From NCBI GenBank assembly GCA_964057225.1, contig OZ059894.1, positions 12,276,001 through 12,340,000 of the forward strand: a DNA stretch of 64,000 nucleotides, read 5' to 3'. Below the pieces are notes generated by a model, which was not told where the DNA came from, did no database searches, and saw nothing but the letters and a program-made list of their open reading frames with translations. This DNA comes from Auanema rhodensis (taxonomy: Eukaryota > Animalia > Nematoda). The position numbers were made by a program, and so were the translations under genes. This document shows, piece by piece, positions 1 through 11,926 of this stretch (the first letter of the stretch is position 1; each line of letters opens with the position of its first letter).

Positions 1-360
1 ATGTCCCGTATTCGGGACCCTAATGTAACTTTTGATTCCCTATATTTTTTTTCATGAAATTTACAATCTACTGTAGAAAGAAGAATTATTTTTATAAAAA
101 CTGTAAATTTTTGAAAAATGAAAACAAAACGAAAACAAAAACAACTTTTTTTTGAACATTTTCTCACACAAGGGTCCCCCCTTACCTACTTTTTTTCTCA
201 TTACTCGTTTCAACCTCATCCGATCACTCTGCAAACATGTTTAATCGTTCTAACTTGTTGAAATACGTCTTAAAAGTCTAAACAACATGCATATGCATAA
301 TAGAAACCACCCGAATAGGCCCCCACGCACTAAACGAGATATATACATTACCAGTATAGT

Positions 361-400
361 AATAGAACACATATTGAAGATTAATTCGATAAGAACAATT
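361..400 (-). pseudogene. Decayed 40-nt internal U2 fragment (stem IIa region), present in every unit
   Basis: 36/40 identity to 824-863 of the U2 gene. Confidence 0.85.
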
Positions 401-716
401 TATTGACGTAGAGAATGTTTGTTCCGAAAAACTACAATATTAAACTATAAAAGTAACAAAAGCGTAGAGGCAGCAAAGACATGAATAAACATAAATGTAA
501 ATACAGAATTACCAGGTAGTACATAAGTATGACAAAAAATTATAAGAAAGCCATGAAAATAGAAGGTTTGTGAACAAATGAGAGGTACATCTTTGATCGT
601 ATAGTCATTTCTAAACCGTTCGTATGCTGCAGCATCGTCATAAGCGTCACTCAAGTTGAATTTCCATGTGTACTACACGATTTTCATTCTTATTGTTACA
701 TTCTTTCCCTGAGGGA

Positions 717-901
717 ATGGGCCGTTCCCGCCAGCAGTGCAAGAGCGGGTCGACCCGTGAGGTGGAGCTAGCAAGCCAGCATCTACCTCAAGTCTCAAAA
801 ATCGGTTAACCTTATTGTGAACCAATGGAACACATATCGAAGGTTAATTCGATAAGAACGATTACTACACTTTGATCTTAGCCAAAAGGCCGAGAAGCGA
901 T
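717..901 (-). ncRNA. U2: U2 spliceosomal snRNA (variant), copy 1
   Basis: Minus strand reads ATCGCTTCTCGGCCTTTTGGCTAAGATCAAAGTGTAGTA...; stem IIa TATCGAA/TTCGATA, IIc pairing TTAACCTT/AAGGTTAA, Sm site ATTTTTG, stem III TGAGGT/ACCTCA, stem IV GGGTCG/CGGCCC with TTGCAC loop. 3' end approximate. Confidence 0.96.
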
Positions 902-1333
902 ACAGCATAGCCATGAGTATCAAAGACATCAAGCAAATGTATCGTACTTGTTACGAGTGCACTCTCTCATTTGAATATAAAAGTGTGGTTTGACAATCTT
1001 GACTGTACAGGTCATAAATGGCTCATATAAACTGTGGATTTACTCAACTTTTGGACTTATTTTTTTCTTATTCGAAGCGCTGCACTTTTTTCTATTCTTT
1101 TTATTCAAATACTTGTATATAGTTTTATATGTACGGTTGCAAAGTTTCCGAATATTTTATATATTTTTATACAATAATTAGGAGAAGGTTAATACAATGA
1201 AATCTCCCAACTTTACAGTGTTTGTATTGCTTACAGTATCTAGAACAACCACTCTTGTAATATTAGAGCACATATCAATCAACAACTTTTTCTAGTTATC
1301 AAAGCTTTTTTATTTCTTCAAGATATTTCAAAT

Positions 1334-1344
1334 AAAATATAAAA
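1334..1344 (-). terminator. Pol III oligo-T terminator of 5S (TTTT-ATA-TTTT), repeated after every 5S copy
   Basis: T4 run at the 5S 3' end plus a second T4 three bases later. Confidence 0.75.
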
Positions 1345-1462
1345 GCTTACGACACCCGGGATTCCCAAGCCGTCTCCGATCCAAGTACTAACCGGGCCCA
1401 ACGTTGCTTGACTTGCCAGATCGGACGGGATGGCGTACTTTCAACGTGGTATGGTCGTAAGC
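1344..1462 (-). rRNA. 5S: 5S rRNA, unit 1 copy a
   Basis: 119 nt GCTTACGACCATACCACGTTGAAAG...AGTACTTGGATCGGAGACGGC...GTCGTAAGCT; terminal helix I, box C-like internal promoter, followed by a T run. Confidence 0.98.
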
Positions 1463-1485
1463 AATGTTATATTCTTCATTATCAG

Positions 1486-1490
1486 TTATA
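1486..1490 (-). promoter_or_regulatory. TATA-like element at -28..-24 of 5S (both copies, all units)
   Basis: TATAA on the minus strand at the position typical of 5S upstream elements; the AT-rich context lowers significance. Confidence 0.45.
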
Positions 1491-1703
1491 TCACTCTAAA
1501 TCTTGTTGTTAATAGTTAGGACCACAAAGAAAACAACAGGAACAGTAACAAATGAAATGCCCAAACTTTACAGTGTTCGAGTTATTTACAGTATCTAAGA
1601 CTACCTCTGTCGTGTTATTAGAGCAAACATTCGATTAACAACAACTTTTTTTTAGTTATCAAAGCTTTTTTATTTCTTCAAAAAATTTCAAATAAAATAT
1701 AAA

Positions 1704-1822
1704 AGCTTACGACACCCGGGATTCCCAAGCCGTCTCCGATCCAAGTACTAACCGGGCCCAACGTTGCTTGACTTGCCAGATCGGACGGGATGGCGTACTT
1801 TCAACGTGGTATGGTCGTAAGC
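1704..1822 (-). rRNA. 5S: 5S rRNA, unit 1 copy b
   Basis: Identical to 1344-1462, 360 bp away. Confidence 0.98.
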
Positions 1823-1964
1823 AATGTCATATTCTTCATTATCAGTTATATCACTCTAAATCTTGTTGTTAATAGATACGACCACAAAGAAAACAACAGG
1901 AACAGTAACAATAACAAAAAAAATTTTTTTTTCACCTATGTGTCTAAAGGTTAGCCATGTATCC

Positions 1965-1967
<3 letters not shown>

Positions 1968-2011
<44 letters not shown>
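1968..2011. repeat. (TA)n microsatellite, one per unit; (TA)22 here, about 14-36 across units
   Basis: Directly visible. Confidence 0.98.
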
Positions 2012-2014
<3 letters not shown>

Positions 2015-3195
2015 ACAGTAAAAAGTCCAATCAAGAGAGAAATTTTTTCAACACATAGTTGTTTTTTTTTTAAATATCATTGTTTTTCCTCATAACTCGG
2101 TTTAAACTCGTTCTAACCCGTTGAAATACGTCTAGAAAGTCTTTATAACATGCATATGTATGATAGAACTTCATATTTATTGTAATAGAAAATTTTATTT
2201 TCAGACGTCTTGGTTAACAATGATATGTTTTACCCCCTTATAATTTTTATCATAATGTTCCTTATACGGAACGCTCAATGAAACTTGCTTCCAGAAAAAT
2301 TTCTTTCTATTTTTTCTTCATATGTACGTAGATACTATAGAGAACTATGATAGAAAACTTTAACATTCACGAAATCATCATTTCTCATTACGCTACGGAG
2401 GTTTAAAAAGCTGTGTTTTACCTTATAATAGACCGGAAAACCCTTGTGTTAAAACTGGACCGTTTTTACACATATAAAAATGTCCCGTATTCGGGACCCT
2501 AATGTAACTTTTGATTCCCTATATTTTTTTTCATGAAATTTACAATCTACTGTAGAAAGAAGAATTATTTTTATAAAAACTGTAAATTTTTGAAAAATGA
2601 AAACAAAACGAAAACAAAAACAACTTTTTTTTGAACATTTTCTCACACAAGGGTCCCCCCTTACCTACTTTTTTTCTCATTACTCGTTTCAACCTCATCC
2701 GATCACTCTGCAAACATGTTTAATCGTTCTAACTTGTTGAAATACGTCTTAAAAGTCTAAACAACATGCATATGCATAATAGAAACCACCCGAATAGGCC
2801 CCCACGCACTAAACGAGATATATACATTACCAGTATAGTAATAGAACACATATTGAAGATTAATTCGATAAGAACAATTTATTGACGTAGAGAATGTTTG
2901 TTCCGAAAAACTACAATATTAAACTATAAAAGTAACAAAAGCGTAGAGGCAGCAAAGACATGAATAAACATAAATGTAAATACAGAATTACCAGGTAGTA
3001 CATAAGTATGACAAAAAATTATAAGAAAGCCATGAAAATAGAAGGTTTGTGAACAAATGAGAGGTACATCTTTGATCGTATAGTCATTTCTAAACCGTTC
3101 GTATGCTGCAGCATCGTCATAAGCGTCACTCAAGTTGAATTTCCATGTGTACTACACGATTTTCATTCTTATTGTTACATTCTTTCCCTGAGGGA

Positions 3196-3380
3196 ATGGG
3201 CCGTTCCCGCCAGCAGTGCAAGAGCGGGTCGACCCGTGAGGTGGAGCTAGCAAGCCAGCATCTACCTCAAGTCTCAAAAATCGGTTAACCTTATTGTGAA
3301 CCAATGGAACACATATCGAAGGTTAATTCGATAAGAACGATTACTACACTTTGATCTTAGCCAAAAGGCCGAGAAGCGAT
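3196..3380 (-). ncRNA. U2: U2 snRNA copy 2
   Basis: Same as 717-901. Confidence 0.95.
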
Positions 3381-3822
3381 ACAGCATAGCCATGAGTATC
3401 AAAGACATCAAGCAAATGTATCGTACTTGTTACGAGTGCACTCTCTCATTTGAATATAAAAGTGTGGTTTGACAATCTTGACTGTACAGGTCATAAATGG
3501 CTCATATAAACTGTGGATTTACTCAACTTTTGGACTTATTTTTTTCTTATTCGAAGCGCTGCACTTTTTTCTATTCTTTTTATTCAAATACTTGTATATA
3601 GTTTTATATGTACGGTTGCAAAGTTTCCGAATATTTTATATATTTTTATACAATAATTAGGAGAAGGTTAATACAATGAAATCTCCCAACTTTACAGTGT
3701 TTGTATTGCTTACAGTATCTAGAACAACCACTCTTGTAATATTAGAGCACATATCAATCAACAACTTTTTCTAGTTATCAAAGCTTTTTTATTTCTTCAA
3801 GATATTTCAAATAAAATATAAA

Positions 3823-3941
3823 AGCTTACGACACCCGGGATTCCCAAGCCGTCTCCGATCCAAGTACTAACCGGGCCCAACGTTGCTTGACTTGCCAGAT
3901 CGGACGGGATGGCGTACTTTCAACGTGGTATGGTCGTAAGC
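3823..3941 (-). rRNA. 5S: 5S rRNA 2a
   Basis: Same as 1344-1462. Confidence 0.97.
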
Positions 3942-4182
3942 AATGTTATATTCTTCATTATCAGTTATATCACTCTAAATCTTGTTGTTAATAGTTAGGA
4001 CCACAAAGAAAACAACAGGAACAGTAACAAATGAAATGCCCAAACTTTACAGTGTTCGAGTTATTTACAGTATCTAAGACTACCTCTGTCGTGTTATTAG
4101 AGCAAACATTCGATTAACAACAACTTTTTTTTAGTTATCAAAGCTTTTTTATTTCTTCAAAAAATTTCAAATAAAATATAAA

Positions 4183-4301
4183 AGCTTACGACACCCGGGA
4201 TTCCCAAGCCGTCTCCGATCCAAGTACTAACCGGGCCCAACGTTGCTTGACTTGCCAGATCGGACGGGATGGCGTACTTTCAACGTGGTATGGTCGTAAG
4301 C
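4183..4301 (-). rRNA. 5S: 5S rRNA 2b
   Basis: Same as 1344-1462. Confidence 0.97.
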
Positions 4302-4443
4302 AATGTCATATTCTTCATTATCAGTTATATCACTCTAAATCTTGTTGTTAATAGATACGACCACAAAGAAAACAACAGGAACAGTAACAATAACAAAAAA
4401 AATTTTTTTTTCACCTATGTGTCTAAAGGTTAGCCATGTATCC

Positions 4444-4491
<48 letters not shown>

Positions 4492-5672
4492 ACAGTAAAA
4501 AGTCCAATCAAGAGAGAAATTTTTTCAACACATAGTTGTTTTTTTTTTAAATATCATTGTTTTTCCTCATAACTCGGTTTAAACTCGTTCTAACCCGTTG
4601 AAATACGTCTAGAAAGTCTTTATAACATGCATATGTATGATAGAACTTCATATTTATTGTAATAGAAAATTTTATTTTCAGACGTCTTGGTTAACAATGA
4701 TATGTTTTACCCCCTTATAATTTTTATCATAATGTTCCTTATACGGAACGCTCAATGAAACTTGCTTCCAGAAAAATTTCTTTCTATTTTTTCTTCATAT
4801 GTACGTAGATACTATAGAGAACTATGATAGAAAACTTTAACATTCACGAAATCATCATTTCTCATTACGCTACGGAGGTTTAAAAAGCTGTGTTTTACCT
4901 TATAATAGACCGGAAAACCCTTGTGTTAAAACTGGACCGTTTTTACACATATAAAAATGTCCCGTATTCGGGACCCTAATGTAACTTTTGATTCCCTATA
5001 TTTTTTTTCATGAAATTTACAATCTACTGTAGAAAGAAGAATTATTTTTATAAAAACTGTAAATTTTTGAAAAATGAAAACAAAACGAAAACAAAAACAA
5101 CTTTTTTTTGAACATTTTCTCACACAAGGGTCCCCCCTTACCTACTTTTTTTCTCATTACTCGTTTCAACCTCATCCGATCACTCTGCAAACATGTTTAA
5201 TCGTTCTAACTTGTTGAAATACGTCTTAAAAGTCTAAACAACATGCATATGCATAATAGAAACCACCCGAATAGGCCCCCACGCACTAAACGAGATATAT
5301 ACATTACCAGTATAGTAATAGAACACATATTGAAGATTAATTCGATAAGAACAATTTATTGACGTAGAGAATGTTTGTTCCGAAAAACTACAATATTAAA
5401 CTATAAAAGTAACAAAAGCGTAGAGGCAGCAAAGACATGAATAAACATAAATGTAAATACAGAATTACCAGGTAGTACATAAGTATGACAAAAAATTATA
5501 AGAAAGCCATGAAAATAGAAGGTTTGTGAACAAATGAGAGGTACATCTTTGATCGTATAGTCATTTCTAAACCGTTCGTATGCTGCAGCATCGTCATAAG
5601 CGTCACTCAAGTTGAATTTCCATGTGTACTACACGATTTTCATTCTTATTGTTACATTCTTTCCCTGAGGGA

Positions 5673-5857
5673 ATGGGCCGTTCCCGCCAGCAGTGCAAGA
5701 GCGGGTCGACCCGTGAGGTGGAGCTAGCAAGCCAGCATCTACCTCAAGTCTCAAAAATCGGTTAACCTTATTGTGAACCAATGGAACACATATCGAAGGT
5801 TAATTCGATAAGAACGATTACTACACTTTGATCTTAGCCAAAAGGCCGAGAAGCGAT
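5673..5857 (-). ncRNA. U2: U2 snRNA copy 3
   Basis: Same as 717-901. Confidence 0.95.
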
Positions 5858-6299
5858 ACAGCATAGCCATGAGTATCAAAGACATCAAGCAAATGTATCG
5901 TACTTGTTACGAGTGCACTCTCTCATTTGAATATAAAAGTGTGGTTTGACAATCTTGACTGTACAGGTCATAAATGGCTCATATAAACTGTGGATTTACT
6001 CAACTTTTGGACTTATTTTTTTCTTATTCGAAGCGCTGCACTTTTTTCTATTCTTTTTATTCAAATACTTGTATATAGTTTTATATGTACGGTTGCAAAG
6101 TTTCCGAATATTTTATATATTTTTATACAATAATTAGGAGAAGGTTAATACAATGAAATCTCCCAACTTTACAGTGTTTGTATTGCTTACAGTATCTAGA
6201 ACAACCACTCTTGTAATATTAGAGCACATATCAATCAACAACTTTTTCTAGTTATCAAAGCTTTTTTATTTCTTCAAGATATTTCAAATAAAATATAAA

Positions 6300-6418
6300 A
6301 GCTTACGACACCCGGGATTCCCAAGCCGTCTCCGATCCAAGTACTAACCGGGCCCAACGTTGCTTGACTTGCCAGATCGGACGGGATGGCGTACTTTCAA
6401 CGTGGTATGGTCGTAAGC
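6300..6418 (-). rRNA. 5S: 5S rRNA 3a
   Basis: Same as 1344-1462. Confidence 0.97.
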
Positions 6419-6659
6419 AATGTTATATTCTTCATTATCAGTTATATCACTCTAAATCTTGTTGTTAATAGTTAGGACCACAAAGAAAACAACAGGAACA
6501 GTAACAAATGAAATGCCCAAACTTTACAGTGTTCGAGTTATTTACAGTATCTAAGACTACCTCTGTCGTGTTATTAGAGCAAACATTCGATTAACAACAA
6601 CTTTTTTTTAGTTATCAAAGCTTTTTTATTTCTTCAAAAAATTTCAAATAAAATATAAA

Positions 6660-6778
6660 AGCTTACGACACCCGGGATTCCCAAGCCGTCTCCGATCCAA
6701 GTACTAACCGGGCCCAACGTTGCTTGACTTGCCAGATCGGACGGGATGGCGTACTTTCAACGTGGTATGGTCGTAAGC
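6660..6778 (-). rRNA. 5S: 5S rRNA 3b
   Basis: Same as 1344-1462. Confidence 0.97.
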
Positions 6779-6920
6779 AATGTCATATTCTTCATTATCA
6801 GTTATATCACTCTAAATCTTGTTGTTAATAGATACGACCACAAAGAAAACAACAGGAACAGTAACAATAACAAAAAAAATTTTTTTTTCACCTATGTGTC
6901 TAAAGGTTAGCCATGTATCC

Positions 6921-6968
<48 letters not shown>

Positions 6969-8149
6969 ACAGTAAAAAGTCCAATCAAGAGAGAAATTTT
7001 TTCAACACATAGTTGTTTTTTTTTTAAATATCATTGTTTTTCCTCATAACTCGGTTTAAACTCGTTCTAACCCGTTGAAATACGTCTAGAAAGTCTTTAT
7101 AACATGCATATGTATGATAGAACTTCATATTTATTGTAATAGAAAATTTTATTTTCAGACGTCTTGGTTAACAATGATATGTTTTACCCCCTTATAATTT
7201 TTATCATAATGTTCCTTATACGGAACGCTCAATGAAACTTGCTTCCAGAAAAATTTCTTTCTATTTTTTCTTCATATGTACGTAGATACTATAGAGAACT
7301 ATGATAGAAAACTTTAACATTCACGAAATCATCATTTCTCATTACGCTACGGAGGTTTAAAAAGCTGTGTTTTACCTTATAATAGACCGGAAAACCCTTG
7401 TGTTAAAACTGGACCGTTTTTACACATATAAAAATGTCCCGTATTCGGGACCCTAATGTAACTTTTGATTCCCTATATTTTTTTTCATGAAATTTACAAT
7501 CTACTGTAGAAAGAAGAATTATTTTTATAAAAACTGTAAATTTTTGAAAAATGAAAACAAAACGAAAACAAAAACAACTTTTTTTTGAACATTTTCTCAC
7601 ACAAGGGTCCCCCCTTACCTACTTTTTTTCTCATTACTCGTTTCAACCTCATCCGATCACTCTGCAAACATGTTTAATCGTTCTAACTTGTTGAAATACG
7701 TCTTAAAAGTCTAAACAACATGCATATGCATAATAGAAACCACCCGAATAGGCCCCCACGCACTAAACGAGATATATACATTACCAGTATAGTAATAGAA
7801 CACATATTGAAGATTAATTCGATAAGAACAATTTATTGACGTAGAGAATGTTTGTTCCGAAAAACTACAATATTAAACTATAAAAGTAACAAAAGCGTAG
7901 AGGCAGCAAAGACATGAATAAACATAAATGTAAATACAGAATTACCAGGTAGTACATAAGTATGACAAAAAATTATAAGAAAGCCATGAAAATAGAAGGT
8001 TTGTGAACAAATGAGAGGTACATCTTTGATCGTATAGTCATTTCTAAACCGTTCGTATGCTGCAGCATCGTCATAAGCGTCACTCAAGTTGAATTTCCAT
8101 GTGTACTACACGATTTTCATTCTTATTGTTACATTCTTTCCCTGAGGGA

Positions 8150-8334
8150 ATGGGCCGTTCCCGCCAGCAGTGCAAGAGCGGGTCGACCCGTGAGGTGGAG
8201 CTAGCAAGCCAGCATCTACCTCAAGTCTCAAAAATCGGTTAACCTTATTGTGAACCAATGGAACACATATCGAAGGTTAATTCGATAAGAACGATTACTA
8301 CACTTTGATCTTAGCCAAAAGGCCGAGAAGCGAT
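8150..8334 (-). ncRNA. U2: U2 snRNA copy 4
   Basis: Same as 717-901. Confidence 0.95.
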
Positions 8335-8776
8335 ACAGCATAGCCATGAGTATCAAAGACATCAAGCAAATGTATCGTACTTGTTACGAGTGCACTCTCT
8401 CATTTGAATATAAAAGTGTGGTTTGACAATCTTGACTGTACAGGTCATAAATGGCTCATATAAACTGTGGATTTACTCAACTTTTGGACTTATTTTTTTC
8501 TTATTCGAAGCGCTGCACTTTTTTCTATTCTTTTTATTCAAATACTTGTATATAGTTTTATATGTACGGTTGCAAAGTTTCCGAATATTTTATATATTTT
8601 TATACAATAATTAGGAGAAGGTTAATACAATGAAATCTCCCAACTTTACAGTGTTTGTATTGCTTACAGTATCTAGAACAACCACTCTTGTAATATTAGA
8701 GCACATATCAATCAACAACTTTTTCTAGTTATCAAAGCTTTTTTATTTCTTCAAGATATTTCAAATAAAATATAAA

Positions 8777-8895
8777 AGCTTACGACACCCGGGATTCCCA
8801 AGCCGTCTCCGATCCAAGTACTAACCGGGCCCAACGTTGCTTGACTTGCCAGATCGGACGGGATGGCGTACTTTCAACGTGGTATGGTCGTAAGC
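8777..8895 (-). rRNA. 5S: 5S rRNA 4a
   Basis: Same as 1344-1462. Confidence 0.97.
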
Positions 8896-9136
8896 AATGT
8901 TATATTCTTCATTATCAGTTATATCACTCTAAATCTTGTTGTTAATAGTTAGGACCACAAAGAAAACAACAGGAACAGTAACAAATGAAATGCCCAAACT
9001 TTACAGTGTTCGAGTTATTTACAGTATCTAAGACTACCTCTGTCGTGTTATTAGAGCAAACATTCGATTAACAACAACTTTTTTTTAGTTATCAAAGCTT
9101 TTTTATTTCTTCAAAAAATTTCAAATAAAATATAAA

Positions 9137-9255
9137 AGCTTACGACACCCGGGATTCCCAAGCCGTCTCCGATCCAAGTACTAACCGGGCCCAACGTTGC
9201 TTGACTTGCCAGATCGGACGGGATGGCGTACTTTCAACGTGGTATGGTCGTAAGC
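9137..9255 (-). rRNA. 5S: 5S rRNA 4b
   Basis: Same as 1344-1462. Confidence 0.97.
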
Positions 9256-9397
9256 AATGTCATATTCTTCATTATCAGTTATATCACTCTAAATCTTGTT
9301 GTTAATAGATACGACCACAAAGAAAACAACAGGAACAGTAACAATAACAAAAAAAATTTTTTTTTCACCTATGTGTCTAAAGGTTAGCCATGTATCC

Positions 9398-9449
<52 letters not shown>

Positions 9450-10629
9450 ACAGTAAAAAGTCCAATCAAGAGAGAAATTTTTTCAACACATAGTTGTTTT
9501 TTTTTTAAATATCATTGTTTTTCCTCATAACTCGGTTTAAACTCGTTCTAACCCGTTGAAATACGTCTAGAAAGTCTTTATAACATGCATATGTATGATA
9601 GAACTTCATATTTATTGTAATAGAAAATTTTATTTTCAGACGTCTTGGTTAACAATGATATGTTTTACCCCCTTATAATTTTTATCATAATGTTCCTTAT
9701 ACGGAACGCTCAATGAAACTTGCTTCCAGAAAAATTTCTTTCTATTTTTTCTTCATATGTACGTAGATACTATAGAGAACTATGATAGAAAACTTTAACA
9801 TTCACGAAATCATCATTTCTCATTACGCTACGGAGGTTTAAAAAGCTGTGTTTTACCTTATAATAGACCGGAAAACCCTTGTGTTAAAACTGGACCGTTT
9901 TTACACATATAAAAATGTCCCGTATTCGGGACCCTAATGTAACTTTTGATTCCCTATATTTTTTTTCATGAAATTTACAATCTACTGTAGAAAGAAGAAT
10001 TATTTTTATAAAAACTGTAAATTTTTGAAAAATGAAAACAAAACGAAAACAAAAACAACTTTTTTTTGAACATTTTCTCACACAAGGGTCCCCCCTTACC
10101 TACTTTTTTTCTCATTACTCGTTTCAACCTCATCCGATCACTCTGCAAACATGTTTAATCGTTCTAACTTGTTGAAATACGTCTTAAAAGTCTAAACAAC
10201 ATGCATATGCATAATAGAAACCACCCGAATAGGCCCCCACGCACTAAACGAGATATATACATTACCAGTATAGTAATAGAACACATATTGAAGATTAATT
10301 CGATAAGAACAATTTATTGACGTAGAGAATGTTTGTTCCGAAAAACTACAATATTAAACTATAAAAGTAACAAAAGCGTAGAGGCAGCAAAGACATGAAT
10401 AAACATAAATGTAAATACAGAATTACCAGGTAGTACATAAGTATGACAAAAAATTATAAGAAAGCATGAAAATAGAAGGTTTGTGAACAAATGAGAGGTA
10501 CATCTTTGATCGTATAGTCATTTCTAAACCGTTCGTATGCTGCAGCATCGTCATAAGCGTCACTCAAGTTGAATTTCCATGTGTACTACACGATTTTCAT
10601 TCTTATTGTTACATTCTTTCCCTGAGGGA

Positions 10630-10814
10630 ATGGGCCGTTCCCGCCAGCAGTGCAAGAGCGGGTCGACCCGTGAGGTGGAGCTAGCAAGCCAGCATCTACC
10701 TCAAGTCTCAAAAATCGGTTAACCTTATTGTGAACCAATGGAACACATATCGAAGGTTAATTCGATAAGAACGATTACTACACTTTGATCTTAGCCAAAA
10801 GGCCGAGAAGCGAT
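10630..10814 (-). ncRNA. U2: U2 snRNA copy 5
   Basis: Same as 717-901. Confidence 0.95.
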
Positions 10815-11256
10815 ACAGCATAGCCATGAGTATCAAAGACATCAAGCAAATGTATCGTACTTGTTACGAGTGCACTCTCTCATTTGAATATAAAAGTGTG
10901 GTTTGACAATCTTGACTGTACAGGTCATAAATGGCTCATATAAACTGTGGATTTACTCAACTTTTGGACTTATTTTTTTCTTATTCGAAGCGCTGCACTT
11001 TTTTCTATTCTTTTTATTCAAATACTTGTATATAGTTTTATATGTACGGTTGCAAAGTTTCCGAATATTTTATATATTTTTATACAATAATTAGGAGAAG
11101 GTTAATACAATGAAATCTCCCAACTTTACAGTGTTTGTATTGCTTACAGTATCTAGAACAACCACTCTTGTAATATTAGAGCACATATCAATCAACAACT
11201 TTTTCTAGTTATCAAAGCTTTTTTATTTCTTCAAGATATTTCAAATAAAATATAAA

Positions 11257-11375
11257 AGCTTACGACACCCGGGATTCCCAAGCCGTCTCCGATCCAAGTA
11301 CTAACCGGGCCCAACGTTGCTTGACTTGCCAGATCGGACGGGATGGCGTACTTTCAACGTGGTATGGTCGTAAGC
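11257..11375 (-). rRNA. 5S: 5S rRNA 5a
   Basis: Same as 1344-1462. Confidence 0.97.
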
Positions 11376-11616
11376 AATGTTATATTCTTCATTATCAGTT
11401 ATATCACTCTAAATCTTGTTGTTAATAGTTAGGACCACAAAGAAAACAACAGGAACAGTAACAAATGAAATGCCCAAACTTTACAGTGTTCGAGTTATTT
11501 ACAGTATCTAAGACTACCTCTGTCGTGTTATTAGAGCAAACATTCGATTAACAACAACTTTTTTTTAGTTATCAAAGCTTTTTTATTTCTTCAAAAAATT
11601 TCAAATAAAATATAAA

Positions 11617-11735
11617 AGCTTACGACACCCGGGATTCCCAAGCCGTCTCCGATCCAAGTACTAACCGGGCCCAACGTTGCTTGACTTGCCAGATCGGACG
11701 GGATGGCGTACTTTCAACGTGGTATGGTCGTAAGC
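11617..11735 (-). rRNA. 5S: 5S rRNA 5b
   Basis: Same as 1344-1462. Confidence 0.97.
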
Positions 11736-11878
11736 AATGTCATATTCTTCATTATCAGTTATATCACTCTAAATCTTGTTGTTAATAGATACGACCACAA
11801 AGAAAACAACAGGAACAGTAACAATAACAAAAAAAATTTTTTTTTCACCTATGTGTCTAAAGGTTAGCCATGTATCCG

Positions 11879-11926
<48 letters not shown>

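Larger units (their letters stand above)
1190..1910. repeat. Internal 360-bp tandem duplication carrying the two 5S genes (every unit)
   Basis: ~1190-1550 aligns with ~1550-1910; genes identical, spacers partly diverged. Confidence 0.95.

Noticed and set aside
508-523. Minus-strand TACTACCTGG resembling the U1 5' end
   Set aside because: Lacks one T of ACTTACCTG, and no U1 stems or loop motifs follow.
671-678. Second GTGTAGTA (branch-point recognition 8-mer) downstream of U2
   Set aside because: No flanking U2 similarity; plausibly chance.
2099-2135. GGTTTAAACTCG... as a spliced-leader RNA
   Set aside because: Only the first 7 nt match SL1; no 22-nt leader ending in AG/GT donor and no convincing SL structure.
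445-2646. Short ORFs repeated in every unit (63-87 aa)
   Set aside because: Low-complexity F/I/Y/K-rich translations of AT-rich spacer, mostly non-ATG starts, no domain signature, and one shifts frame with (TA)n length.
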